64,000 bases of DNA from Phoronis australis (Eukaryota > Animalia > Phoronida), in the NCBI GenBank assembly GCA_002633005.1, contig NMRA01000073.1, positions 1-64,000 on the forward strand, read 5' to 3'. The translations under genes were made by a program, and so were the position numbers. The first letter of the stretch is position 1; every line of letters begins with the position of its first letter. The notes beneath the pieces are model-generated. The model ran no database searches. It saw only the letters and a program-made list of their open reading frames with translations, and was not told the DNA's origin. Positions 1-12,390 of the stretch are shown here, piece by piece.

Positions 1-799
1 AGTAATATTAGCTCATAATACAGTTTAAAGAGCACAATAAAACAAACAAAAGCATGATCACAACCCGCAAAGTATATACTAGGCCATACGTGCGCAAGGC
101 TCAGTACTGACCGGCGACTGAATTGAAGTAAATCTAATTATAATTCATTTACCAATGTCAAACATAACAATGGCAATTGACTAAAATCGTTACATTATCA
201 CACACGTAGTGAATTTTTATTTTTAGGCTTATTTTATAGCTGTGCTTTGCCGTCTTCATTTGGGAAGAAATTTCACGGGGGAAGAAACTTCATGCCTTAG
301 ACGTGAAATAACTTCCCCTCAATACCGCGCATGCGCAAAAGGGTCAGAGTGGGAAGAAATTTCACGGGGAAGAAATTTCACGCGACACCGGTCGTTCAGT
401 TTCTATCAACAAATGTATTAAAATCGGACAACAAATCAAGCGGATTACGTGTCTTTTTACTTGAGAAATGTTGTGTCGGAACACCTTGTCTGTTGGCCGT
501 GATTGGTGGCATACCAAGAATAGTTTACAAATTCGTCTGTGACTGAAGTGTAGACAGGGCATAAAACTGAATGGCTTGAGAAGTGGTAACATCATCTCCA
601 TTGAAAAGATCCAGGATCCTATCTCGCAGTCAGTTAGGAAAGATCGTAGTACGTAGGCTAGTCGCCTCACACACGTGACCCAAAGAAACAATGGAAGCTC
701 TAAGTCGCAGGTTAAATGTAAAAAGTGTTGAGGTCAATGGTTATACCAAATTTGATGATGTTGGAATTGTCGATACTTTTGATGCTGTTTTGGACACGT

Positions 800-1030
800 T
801 TGTACCTTTTCACTTTGGGGTGGATTCGGCGTGTTCTGCGTCACCAGGTGGCCATTTTTACTATTTGCTATTCCGTTTTTGTCATGTACTCGCCAAACCA
901 CTCAGATCATTTTGAAAATTTGCAGGTGCATTTTGACGGGCAAGAGCACGGCTAACGGTGATTTTCGGACACCCCTCGAAGTACACCGTTTGCGGTGCAA
1001 TGGCGTTGACGCTTAGTATTGCTCTTTTTA
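800..1030 (+). repeat. Degenerate fragment of the HINE-like satellite family seen at 20.4-22.4 kb
   Basis: ggattcggcgtgttctgcgtcaccaggtggccatttttac...ccaaaccactc aligns by eye to monomer 2; ends with a gcggtgcaat..ttgctcttttt-like 3' terminus. Confidence 0.55.
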
Positions 1031-1134
1031 TTTTGCTTATGATTGTTGTGTGTTCCCTGTGTGGGGAATGGGGATGTACAGTAGTATGATTGGGCTACCT
1101 ATTTTCAACAAAACTTAAATAAAATAAATATATA

Positions 1135-1320
1135 TTAAAGCTGTCCAGTTTAGCTGCCTCAAAACGAAAATCGAATCAGGCCTTTTTCTCCCATGAAATC
1201 GATCTCATAATACTCCTTACCGTGATAGGATTCCATTTCCGTTACTAAAAGGGCATCAACTCTATCAGTGAGTTTAGTGAGGTTGACCAACCCTGAAATT
1301 GCAAATTCGAAAATGGCGCG
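1135..1320 (+). repeat. Dispersed repeat shared with about 5685-5860 (probable non-autonomous DNA transposon end)
   Basis: Colinear blocks ttagctg..aaaacgaaaat, tcctta..gataggattc..tttc.gtt and aattcgaaaatgg occur in both places. Confidence 0.5.
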
Positions 1321-1686
1321 GGTAAGAATTCCCTGTGGGTAGCGGAAATGGAGGCCCATCACAGAATGAAATATTACGAGACTGTTTTATGAGTTTAGAA
1401 GACTGAATTCGCTTTTCGTTTTTTGCCAGCTCAACAGGGTGAAATGCAGCTTTGCACGTGTGACAAATCGTGATAAGTGTGAATAAAGACACGCACAGTT
1501 ACTCAGCTGAGTTGGCAGTATGGGCTTTCTAGTTAATAAATAGTACCTAAATTGAGGTGCATGTTATTGTGAAGCGATGTCCCGAAAATTAGTAGCCATG
1601 GTTACTACTATACAAAGATATTAATTAACATAATGTCGATGACTACTTAACTAGTGTGACATTGATAATTTCGCAATGTATTTCAG

Positions 1687-1737
1687 GATGGATATACGAC
1701 CTCACGAATCACTACAAATACGGATTTTATGTGTCAG
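1687..1737 (+). CDS. Penultimate exon of an SLC16/monocarboxylate-transporter-like MFS gene (gene starts upstream of the window)
   Basis: tttcag|...TCAG|gtattc, phase 1-1. Encodes GWIYDLTNHYKYGFYVSG, matching the MCT TM11-loop-TM12 pattern GxxxDxTxxYxxxFY. Confidence 0.8.
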
Positions 1738-1929
1738 GTATTCTTTCTCATATTACCGCAACAATGGGCGTAATCATTTGCCTGAATGAACTCGAATGAA
1801 TTCCACGGATTGTTCTTAATACTGCGTCATTGTACTTTACAAGTTACAAATAAACTAGCAAGTTAATGGACACATGTTCATCACGAAAAACATAATTAAA
1901 AAGTTACAATGTAGTTTATCGTTTTACAG

Positions 1930-2165
1930 GATCGTTGTATCTGGCCAGTTCCATAATCTTGTTTTTGGCACCCTTAGTGCCAACTACAAAATCCAGAGAC
2001 GACGATGTGGTCGTATTTGATGATAAAGAAGCAGTTGCTGTTGACGATGTATCACAAAGTCTTTGCGGATTTGCTGAGATTCAAAATTCCACAGTGGAAG
2101 TTTCCGTGTTTGAAGATAGATTCAACGGCTCTTCACGAGCAATGAACATCAGTTCAACTACGTGA
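1930..2165 (+). CDS. Last coding exon of the SLC16/MCT-like transporter (TM12 plus acidic tail)
   Basis: ttttacag| acceptor in phase with the previous exon. Encodes SLYLASSIILFLAPLV (TM-like) then an acidic tail to TGA at 2163-2165. Confidence 0.8.
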
Positions 2166-2344
2166 ATCTTTAATGCAGCTAGAATTAAAAAATAACAGAA
2201 GTAAAATATGATAAGCTGTGCTCAAATGACAACAAAAAGACACGCTAATTTACTATTTTTGCTATTATGTATAATTTATTCATATATCAGATAGATAGTA
2301 CAAATAATGCAATCGCAATGTAATTTTTATTTGTAATCATGCCG

Positions 2345-3900
2345 GTTCTATTTTCTTTTTGGCGACTTTAAAAAAAGCGTTCGACTGGGTCTGGCGAGAG
2401 AGTCTTAAATACAAAATGCCAAATTTTGTAATATATGAGAAAATGCATAAAATTCTAAACAGTATATATGAAAATGTGAAGTGTTGCTTCTTGCTGAATG
2501 GGGATGGTTGCGTATCCGATTTCTTCCAATGTACGATGGGTGTAAGGCAAGGGTGTCAATTGTCTCCGTTTCTCTTCTCGCTGCTTATAAATGATTTAGA
2601 AAGTGATTTACAAAATGTACAGGGCTCGTGTGTGAATTTCTGGAATATTGAATTTATATTTGTTGTTGTTTGTCTACGATTTGGTTCTCGTCGCTGAAAC
2701 CGCTATTGCTATTCAAAGATTTTAATTAAAATTACCAAACTAGAAGAATATCATAGTCTTCCGAAAAGGGGGATACTTGAGAAATTATGAAAAGTGGAAA
2801 TTATTTGACGAAATTGTACAAACGACTTCAGAGTAGAATAATTTGGGTATTAAGTTTACTCCTAAAGGTGTATTTACGAAGGCACAGAAAACGTTAGCTG
2901 ACAAAGCGGCAAAGGCTATTTTGTACTAAAAAAGCACATGTTTAAATACAATGACATTCCTGTGCAGATGTGGTTTAATGTGTTTGACACAAAATTATTA
3001 CCGATCTTTTTGTATGGTTCTGAGATTTGGGGATTTCATCCCGGACAAGACATTGAAATCGTGCAAAATAAACTTTGTAAATTTTTGTTGGGACTTGGAC
3101 AGCATGTCTCAAACGCTGCAGTGAGGGGAGAGCTTCGTAGAGTGACAATGAAGGTACATCTGTCATTGGGAATTGTTAAGCACTGGTTAAAGATTATCAA
3201 ATTGCCAAGCCATCGTTATCTTAGTGTATGCTATAATGTGCAATATGAAATGACTGAGCAAAATAAGTGGTGCTGGGCTTCAAATGTTAAACGATTGTTA
3301 TTTGCTTATGGTTTTGGAGTTGTTTGGATACAAGGTGTGGGCGATACAGCCTCATTTATAAGTGAATTTCAACAACGGTGCTTTGATATTGACATCTAGG
3401 ATGGGAGAGACATTATATGTTCTCAATTGTCAGTGTAATTTTGTAGTAGAAAAACACGTAACATGTCTAGAAAATAGTTTTCACAGAGTAGCCCTCGCAA
3501 GATTCAGGTGCTCGGCGCATTCTTTACTGATTTTTCAGGGAAGGTTTAGTGGACTTATAGAGAGGAGAGCATATGTCCCTGCAGTGACAGTGAGAAAGTG
3601 GAAACAGAATTACACTTTCTTCTCGAATGTAATTTATACTCTGATCTACTTGTACTGTTCTTACCAAGATACGATAAGGTGGACGAGATGGTGTTCAGAA
3701 GTTTTTTGCAGACTCATGATTTAACTGTCCTCAGAAAAGTTGCTAGGTATTTAATTAATACGGAGAAACGTCGAAATGGGTTCCTTGATATGAATTAATT
3801 TAGATTTGAAAAAAAATCTTGTATTCTCTATGTATTATATATTTGTAATGTGGGCCGGAGGCCTGTTACATGAAATAAGCCATATCATAATCATATTATT
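2345..3900 (+). mobile_element. 5'-truncated degenerate non-LTR retrotransposon (LINE; CR1/L2/RTE-X-like) RT and C-terminal region
   Basis: Frameshifted motifs KKAFDWV, GVRQGCQLSPFLF, LLFVYDLVL (decayed YADD), LYGSEIWG, ARFRCSAHSL, ETELHFLLEC. 3' stem-loop tgtaa..ggcc/ggcc..ttaca and a (cat/aat)-like tail at about 3845-3900. Confidence 0.9.
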
Positions 3901-6829
3901 CGAAAATTTTTTTTTGTTTTATTATTCGACACAAGGTTTATGTTTCGTTAATTTCCGGTGATATAAGCCGTATTTCCATGAATTAATATTAAATTTAGTG
4001 ATATTGGTTCTGAACCTCTATCTAAGATAACATCCTGACATGAGAAAGTTATGAATAAATCCCATATTTCATTTAACCATTGAAACAACGAAGACTAAAA
4101 AGGACGTAAAGTTCTTTGTATACGTCACGAGTTTTATTGGTATCATTTGTACTGTGTGTACGCTTCTATAAAGTAACAGTACATGTGTGTATTAAAAGGC
4201 AACAGCAGGGATAAGTTCTCTCCTCAAGCATGGATTGTAACACTGTCTGAACTGGAACGACAGTCCAGAATGAGAGTTTTTATATTGGACAGTCATAGTA
4301 CAAACAGAAGCAGTGATGTTACTCAGTGGGTTAAACGCTGAAGAAAGAATAATGGAACTGTTTGTATGTTATGCAACGCACATGTTTGTAGCAGTGTTTG
4401 ATATGTAGATATTTGTGATACGCAAAAAGTATTTGAACGAGTGCAAAGCCAGGTTTGTGGACTGTATCTCCGTGTCTTCAATGAATACGCAAAATGTCAG
4501 TCCACACGGATTAAGTTTGCACGTGTGTAAACCTGTTACAGCAATTAGCTGGTGTCAAAATAACAAATAAATGTTGTCTATGGCATGTTTTGATTATCTC
4601 TTCAAATTACAACTGGGCTGTACCGAAATCAGGTTTGAAGCAGACTGGTTACTTCAAATGGAGTCAACCAACTATTGTCTACACACTCCGAATTTTTGTA
4701 ATATACGACTATCTTTTACCGACTTATCGTAGTGTGTACCTCGGAGTCAATAGTGTTTATTGGGTCCTAGTGTTCACACAGGTGTTCCGACAGAGACTTT
4801 CATGCTAAAAAGTCGCATACGAAATTTTACACGACAATCGGAGCCGTGTTCCAGAAACTGTATACAAAAATCAAAGTGTGTTTGACAGGACGTCAGACAT
4901 ACAGTAAAGCTGCAATAAACCTGCGCCGCTTCCATGAAAGATTCTTGATTAAGACTACTTACCACGATTAAATTGGTCTCAACTTGTTAACTCAGTTAAC
5001 ATGTGTTTTGTGGGCACGGTAATAACTAGTAATTACATTTTGCTGTGCGTGGCGCGTAAAATAAGTCGTTCACGGGTCAACCTGTCGAGTAGTCATGTGT
5101 TGAACCTACTCTCAACCCAGCTCGAGTTCTCTTCTTGACTAGCCATGAAGTCACAAGCAAGGGATAAGTTGAGATCAAGTCTGCAGTCTAAATAAAAACT
5201 TTTTTCGATGGAGGAAGGCTTTATAATTGGGCGTATTACGTCATGGATCGTCACAGGAAAACAGATTACACTCGACAAATTACCGAATTTCTATCAATTC
5301 TGTTGAGTTGCACTCCACGCCAACAACCTTGGTTTGATAGGTTATTGCCTTTCTGATAAGATGGTTAGTTTTTGTGAAGCGAACATGAGATATTCTCAAC
5401 ATTTCTGATACGCGCATTTGGGCGGACTGCACGAATCCACCTCAGACCATCTGCAATGAAGACTTTCAACGATCGTAGCGCGGATTCAGGACTAACACTA
5501 TAAATAGGGTTACGAAAATGATAACAAAAAATCAGCACAGGTAATAGTTCATTGTCACGTAGGCAGATGGAAGTACCGTCTTCCTAACTCCTGGCCGACC
5601 ACAGCGTGAAAACAGAAGTTGACCTGTAATGCGATCTGACATAAATGATGGTGAGATTTCAATGTTTTTTAAACTTGCATTTCGCCCTGCTTAGCTGGCT
5701 AAAAACGAAAATGAAATTGAGGGTTTTACTCTCACAAACATTTCCTGTAACATTCCTTAGCTGGATAGGATTCTGTTTCTGTTGCAAAAAAGAATTTTGA
5801 TACGCTTCAGAATTTAATGGGGATATCATTAACCTTAAAATCGGGAATTCGAAAATGGTACATGTTCACATTGCTTTGACATGTGAGGCCGCCTCATTTG
5901 GCAATAATTCAAGATCAGATGAGCGCTGTCAAACATTATAAATTCAACGTCGACAGATAAACATGGGTAAAATCAGCTTTAACTGTGATACACATGGGGA
6001 AAAAACTTCCATTCCTGTGATGCTTCATCGACTACACTTGATTTGGAACTACACGAAAGTCGCAAACTTAAAGCAATGGCTGAAACATCGGCATTACGCT
6101 TCAGCAGTAAATTAGTATTTTAAGAAAAAAATAAAATAGTTTGCAAAAAAATGCGCACGGGCCAAGGTTTCAAAGTTCATTGGTTGTGCTCGAGTCTCTC
6201 CGCCATTTCAGCCACTTTAACCGGACAAGACATTTGGTTCCGGAGTGGTTTTTATGCCGAAAGTCATCAACGACAATTAGTCAGATGCCAATTATAAGCA
6301 TGCTTTTCGAAAGCAATCGGGAACGTATGAACTTCAAGTTGCGAAAAACGTTGATAAACAATCACAGTAAGTAAGTACATGAAAGACGTCTCGAACGATC
6401 CACGCTCTTAGCGACGAAAATAAACCTGCAGTTTGTGACAACACGCATTTCGTCCAGTCACTGAGAATCGGGCAGGATCTCGTTCATTGTTGTAACTGAC
6501 CAATCATAGCCACACTCGGCTACTATGGCGTCATGCAAAGTATAAACGAAAGGTGAATTTTCAACGACTTCCGATTGTACCAGAATCTAATAGGTTTCCG
6601 CGGCCTTTATTCTTTTCTGCATTCTAAACGTTTGGTAGAGTTTCGTGACAGCCCATTTTCGAAAGAAACGGCATCGTAGATTGCACCGATGAAACAGACA
6701 TCCAACAAATAAATTGCTGATTCTGGAAAAAACAAATAGCGGAGCGCCATCTCTCAGAGCTACTGACGTGATAATGAAATTGTGAAGGAAGGAATTTGAC
6801 ATAACTGAATACGTTTTATCAAAGAATGA

Positions 6830-7095
6830 AGACATTACGGAAGAAGAAATTGTGGTAGCAATTAATAATATGCAATATGGAAATACCCTGGGGAGGACAG
6901 AATTCCGGTTGAATTTCTTAAGTTTTCAATTGATAAAATTAAGAAATTGCTTTGTGATTTATTTAATGAAATTTTGCATACCGGGAAATTCCCAGAAAAG
7001 TGGGCTACCGGCATAATACTACCATTATTCAAAAAAGTGATGATCTGATCCAACCAACAGCAGGGACATTGCGTTATTGAACGTTGTCAGTAAAT
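6830..7095 (+). mobile_element. LINE RT N-terminal fragment
   Basis: Translates with frameshifts as ITEEEIVVAINNM..PGEDRIPVEFLK..LFNEILHTGKFPEKWATGIILPLFKK..IALLNVVSK. Confidence 0.85.
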
Positions 7096-7316
7096 CGGCC
7101 GGCACTCCACAAAAGCTTCCTTGAGAGCCCAATTCTGGCTATAATTCCTCACTCTGAAATCTTGCACCCCTTTCCCGAGTTGGCTTGAGTGAGAGCCCCG
7201 ATGTGAAAGGAACAGTCCAGACATATAGATGCCCTTTCAATCATTAATTTTCTTTTGGCTATTGGGCGTTTGCTTTATTGTGGCGCTGTGAACGACCTTC
7301 AAACCGGTCTGAGGGG

Positions 7317-7686
7317 AACGTCGACGTAAACAGCGCAGTTAACTAGACCGTTCATACTGGCTTCGGTAGTTAATGAACATCGAAGTAAGTGGTTGGGTGC
7401 CGCTGTCGTCATCGAAGTTATCGCAAGGTAGCGTTGCACGCTAAGATTGTTTTCAGTGTTTCAATTTGGAAATATTTACATGTGCTAAGTGACATTAAAC
7501 TTATTTTTAAATCGATTGGTTATTATTAGAACAAAATATAAGCAGCTATTAGTGACGGCACTACCTTGTAACTGTTGACGATAACAGTGGCACCTGGCGA
7601 TAACTTCGATTGGACAGGAGTTAAGCGTTCACACTGACCGCAACTCCCCAAACCATCGACGCGTCGACGTTAGTATGAAAGGCCCT
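7317..7686. mobile_element. MITE-like element with nested inverted repeats
   Basis: aacgtcgacg (7317) pairs with cgtcgacgtt (~7662); atcgaagttatcgc (~7411) pairs with gcgataacttcgat (~7597). 3' end gtatgaaaggccct resembles PIF/Harbinger-type termini. Confidence 0.45.
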
Positions 7687-9203
7687 TTTACAGAGACTTC
7701 GATCGAATATCATTGAAAATTATGAACTCGAGAGGCTGCTTCCACATTTTAATAACTTATATAACAATAATGTAAAGGGACAATAAACTATGTCCTCGTG
7801 CCAAAACTTTTTTCCTAAGCATATACGCTTTCAAGATGGCATTATTTAACTTCTTGTCATTTCACACAAGTGAAATTGATTACAATAATTCAACGTCACG
7901 GAATAAGATGAAACAATTTTACATCGTTGTATCGGTTCCTGGCCTAAATCAAAAGTTTTGTTTTTTATATAAAGCAGAGGTTAAATGCCGCCTTAACATG
8001 TACTGTTTAGTAATTCAAAACATTTTTTAAAACCTTCTGACTCATTTGCTTATTGCAAGTTATTAAATATTCTGCCGCGTAATGCCGTAGTTTGTTTGGG
8101 AAGGTAGTCAACGTAAGATAATGGAAAGCAGTGCCGACAGAAGGCTTTTTGAGAAGGTTTGTCTAATGTCGGCGACTGAGTAGTAATTGGATTTTCCAAA
8201 GAACCAGAGAAGGCCACTATTAATGGCACTACCAAAACTTCCCAACTAGAATTCTGACTGTAAGTGGAACTTCAAGGAATGGAATTGGAAATCAGCCGTG
8301 CATGTCACTGTCGAGAGAAAAATGTCAGCAGCTTTGCTAAAAAGGTGCGGAGGCTATTTTATTTCAGTAGTGAAGCACAGCTTTTGAAAAAAGTGTTGCA
8401 GTCGCCGACCAGAATCAAACGTTTCTTTATCCTAATTGTTAGATATCAAGATGGTGACTGCCCAATCACGTGCACTTTGTAAAAGCTATTAGCTCCAGTA
8501 GTTGAAATCCATGTTTTATTGTGCAGTGCGCGGTCATTAGTTCGCAAGTATATGTTCCACGCGACTATAATAGAAACCGGTGTTTTGAATATAAACCCTA
8601 TCATAATGGTTGATTGATGAATTTAAAACGACCACGGCTTAACACTGTCCAATGGATGAAAGCGAACCTTTTCATCCTCGCAAGCTTAAGTTAAGCCACT
8701 ACAGTGTTTCATTTGTACTCTTTTAGAGGATATTGCGTAATTACACTTCGATTTTCACTGCTTGCGTTGTGAATTGATAGCACTTAAACACCATAAAAAT
8801 ATAGCGCGCTCAACTGGTAGTAATGTCTAGCCGACACCAGCTTTGACAGATGAAATCGGTGACTTACTTTCCGTCTCGAAATGATGCGGTACAAACAGAC
8901 ACTCCGCTAAGGTAAGAAATTTTAGAATTCAGTTTCGTTTAGAGGTAAAGGATGTGACGCGTAACCTGGTGTGGAAAGCATAAGGAGACATTTTTCTGAA
9001 GCGAAAGCGTTGAGCATGAAATCGATCCCGTTGTCGGATAGAAATTCATTGAAACATGTTTGTAGATTATATAAGCGAGATAGGGCATTCTGTTCAAAGT
9101 ATGTATAAGGATTTCTTGAATTTTTTGCTGATAGTCAGACACGTTCTCGTCTGTAAATAAGAATATTAACAGATTGTAAGTGAATTTTGTAAGCTGTCTA
9201 CGT

Positions 9204-9308
9204 TCGTGCGACACTCGGGGGGTACTATCATAGAAGAGTCGTGCGACACTCGGGGGGTGCTATCTTAGAAGAGTCGTGTGACACTCGGGGGGTACTATCA
9301 TAGAAGAG
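9204..9308. repeat. Minisatellite, 3 x 35 bp
   Basis: Unit tcgtgcgacactcggggggtactatcatagaagag, contiguous, no spacers. Confidence 0.95.
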
Positions 9309-11629
9309 GAATGCGAGACAGGCTGCTCTGTTGATGAGATACGTTTTCGTGACCAGTTTTCTTCGGTCCACTGAATTCCACACGAAAGGGTGGTGTCTTT
9401 TATAGCAAAATTCCTTACAAAAATCCACTTTGTGAGTCCAAAATCAAAAATAATTCGTCTTTTCCAACCAAAAAAAAATATTATCTATATTTTCAAAACA
9501 TTAGTTACAAAAGATATACTCGGACAAAGTGGCATGCTGTTTCAGGCTCAGTGAGTTAAAGATACCTACGAAAAATAATTAGGTTTATACAACCCCCCCC
9601 CCCACCCCCCAACAAGCGTGTAGTGTTCATGAACAAAACTCGGGTGAGTGTTTCATAAAAGCTTCCTACAAATTGATCTAGTCTCTAAATTGGTGAGTAT
9701 CCTCATTTTCTAGTCGCGCCTCCGTCAGCAGTCGATTATCCTTTGGGTTATGACGCCGCCAGTAAAAAACGAAAAGGCCTCACCATACCGTTATCATGGG
9801 TCATTAAAACCATGCTACGGCGGCGGAAATGACCCCAAGGTCGCATGTGGAAACGCCATACATCGTGCTGCGGTTTGTAGGATAGCCAATAATCGCCGAG
9901 TCCGCACAAAACTAATGCACGGAACGCAGTAAGAATGCGATGGGGTCGCGAAGGTCGTGAGACGACCGCCGTCGTGACACTCGTCTCGATCCTTGAACGC
10001 ATAGTCCTCAAGCAGTACACGCGTGGCAAAGACACTATGAAAAGTGTAACATTTGCAATGGCCCCAAATGAACCATTACTCTTGTACGATGACTGATGTT
10101 TTCACTATATTTATATATTACGCTGGACCTTGGCGTGATTTGAGACTGGCAGATCAGGAAGGCCACACCTCGGTGTGACGGGTTTGGGACGCACCGTTTT
10201 CACATTTTTACTTTTTTTCTGGCCTTACGATCGCAGCTGCGCTGTAAGGACACCGACCCAGTCTAACGGAATTGTGAAACGGCGGGTGTCAAATATTCGG
10301 TTGTTGTCGATGGGCCTGTACATTTTAATTAACTGTACTTGATCTTTTTGTGGTGTATACATTTTACAGTAATATTTTCTCAAAACTTTTCATGTGGCAG
10401 AGCGACTAATCAATCAAACCAACATCACTCTCAGTAGATTATCGCAATCAGGAAAAAACGAATGGGAAAATGGTCGTGAAATTGTTACCCATCTGAGCGG
10501 CACGTCGCGTGTACCTATTCTATGGGAGAACACCCGGGCTGTCCTCACTCGGTTTCATCAAGATGTAAGACAGTCACCGACGCTCTAAGAACAAGAATGT
10601 AGTATGAAAGGATCATTAACGTTAATTTGTACTTGCATAATAGCTAACAGTGTATTTATCAACTGTGTTTCTCCAATAAACCGTTTGGTTTTGCTTCCAG
10701 TTGTATTTTTATGGCTACTACGTGACAAAATTAATTTCTGAATAGCCAACTTTTTCAGACTGCATTCAACAAGTAGAAAGTAATACTGGAATTCTCTGTT
10801 TGAGATGTATCTTCGAACCGCCGTGCACAGCAGTCTTGCAAACCAGCAAAGCCTAACTGTGAGTACAATTTGATCACTGTTACCGATCATGAGAAATAAA
10901 AAATAATCAGCAGTTTAAATTCGTGCTATACCTTTTATTTATGAACGAGAGCAGCCCCACTAAGAATTGTAAATAGGTAATATGGTTTTCTTTACCAGAC
11001 GCTAAATTTGTTACTGCCTCAGGTATACGATTTCCGTCTACACGACTACATGGTTAACTTCTTGGAAGGGCATTCCTCGGTGTTCTGAGACCACGCCCCA
11101 AATTATGAAGGCGACATGTCAATAAGCGGCTTATGTAAACTTCAAGATATCCAAAACACATGCCAGTGTATGATTTACGTCGAGATTTGAACGGTAATAA
11201 AATATGAGATAATGATAATAGAGGGTACCTAAATCTGGGATATCTTTAAAACAATGTATAACTTCCACAACTACGGCAAAAAAAGTTTCCGCAGCTGGGA
11301 AAAGTTCTTCAAACTTGAGAAATAAAAATATTTTTTTTAAAATTCAGAGTGAGAGGACGCTTACGCAAAAACGTATTAGTTTCTGAGAAACGGGCACTTG
11401 GAGGTATTTTACAAGAACAAAAATAACTTATTAGATAGTTCACGCGTACCTGTATCGTTCTTTAGGAAAACCGGGAGCCACTTTGGGCCCCGGCGCGAAA
11501 CATGACAAGAAGTCCTTGACAACTCTTCAGAGTAACGGTAATGGCATGTCAACAACTTTAAATATTTGAGAGCGCAAAGCTGTATGGTGTCAAACTTGTG
11601 TTATTTAGTTTACATTTGTTAAATAACAT

Positions 11630-12390
11630 TTCACTGTAGTCGTACAGTTTGAACAACCTAAACGCACGAAATTAGGAGTTCAGTAAAACAAGCAGACTTG
11701 ACTGTTATAGGTGAAATGTTTACTAATCTAATTAAAAATCACGTGTTATGTAGGTTTTTGAAGGTGCTAAACCAAACTGCGAAACTGTGCCCACTGGACT
11801 CTTATTCGTAATTTCCACTTGCTGTTCAATGTGTTCGTATTAAACAACTTCTTCTGGCTTTAGGAAAATAAGTGATTTTGTGACCGTCGACAAAACAAGT
11901 GAAACGGCCAAGGCCATTTCTTCATGTTCAGTTTTCAAACCGCTGGAAACTTCATGGAAATTATGCACAATGGCCTGAGTCATGATAACTAGTAATGAGA
12001 CCTTTGGAACTAGTCAGTCTACACCCCCACAGAAATGACTGACCGAAACGTCAAGTAAATGTAGGTGTAGGTCATCTAGTACCCTAGAAAAATGTCCAAA
12101 TGTATCTAATTTCAGAACGTCGTGTCTCACAAATAACTGATCAGATTTATATGAAACTTTCAATTACTATGTTTAATGAACTGTTCTCCAACACGCAACT
12201 GGGAAATGTTTTTGAAATGTTCAACTTTTTCGTGAGGGGCTGTCAAAAAGTGGGACTTTTATGAATTTCATAAAAATACTCTAAAGTTGCATCAAAGGCA
12301 AACGAAATGACATTTTAGGAAAGTGTTACAGCATTTTTAAGATCTCACCTTGAACGTTTATATTTAATAAATTTTGATTATGTAATTAAT
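11630..12390 (-). repeat. Dispersed non-autonomous DNA-transposon-like family (other copies ~19290-19900 +, ~55445-55600 -, ~58360-58950 +)
   Basis: Shared core gagata(c/t)gatgttccg..gtta..ttt(g/a)gacatt..ct(a)gg in all copies, in both orientations. Confidence 0.55.

Noticed and set aside
261-391. gggaagaaatttcac subrepeats plus an NRF1-like gcgcatgcgca as a promoter
   Set aside because: It lies in a probable intron of the transporter and looks like a transposon subterminal repeat ending acaccgg; there is no TSS evidence.
9204-9308. 35-bp direct repeats resembling a CRISPR array
   Set aside because: Units are contiguous with no spacers, there are no cas genes, and the context is eukaryotic; it is a minisatellite.
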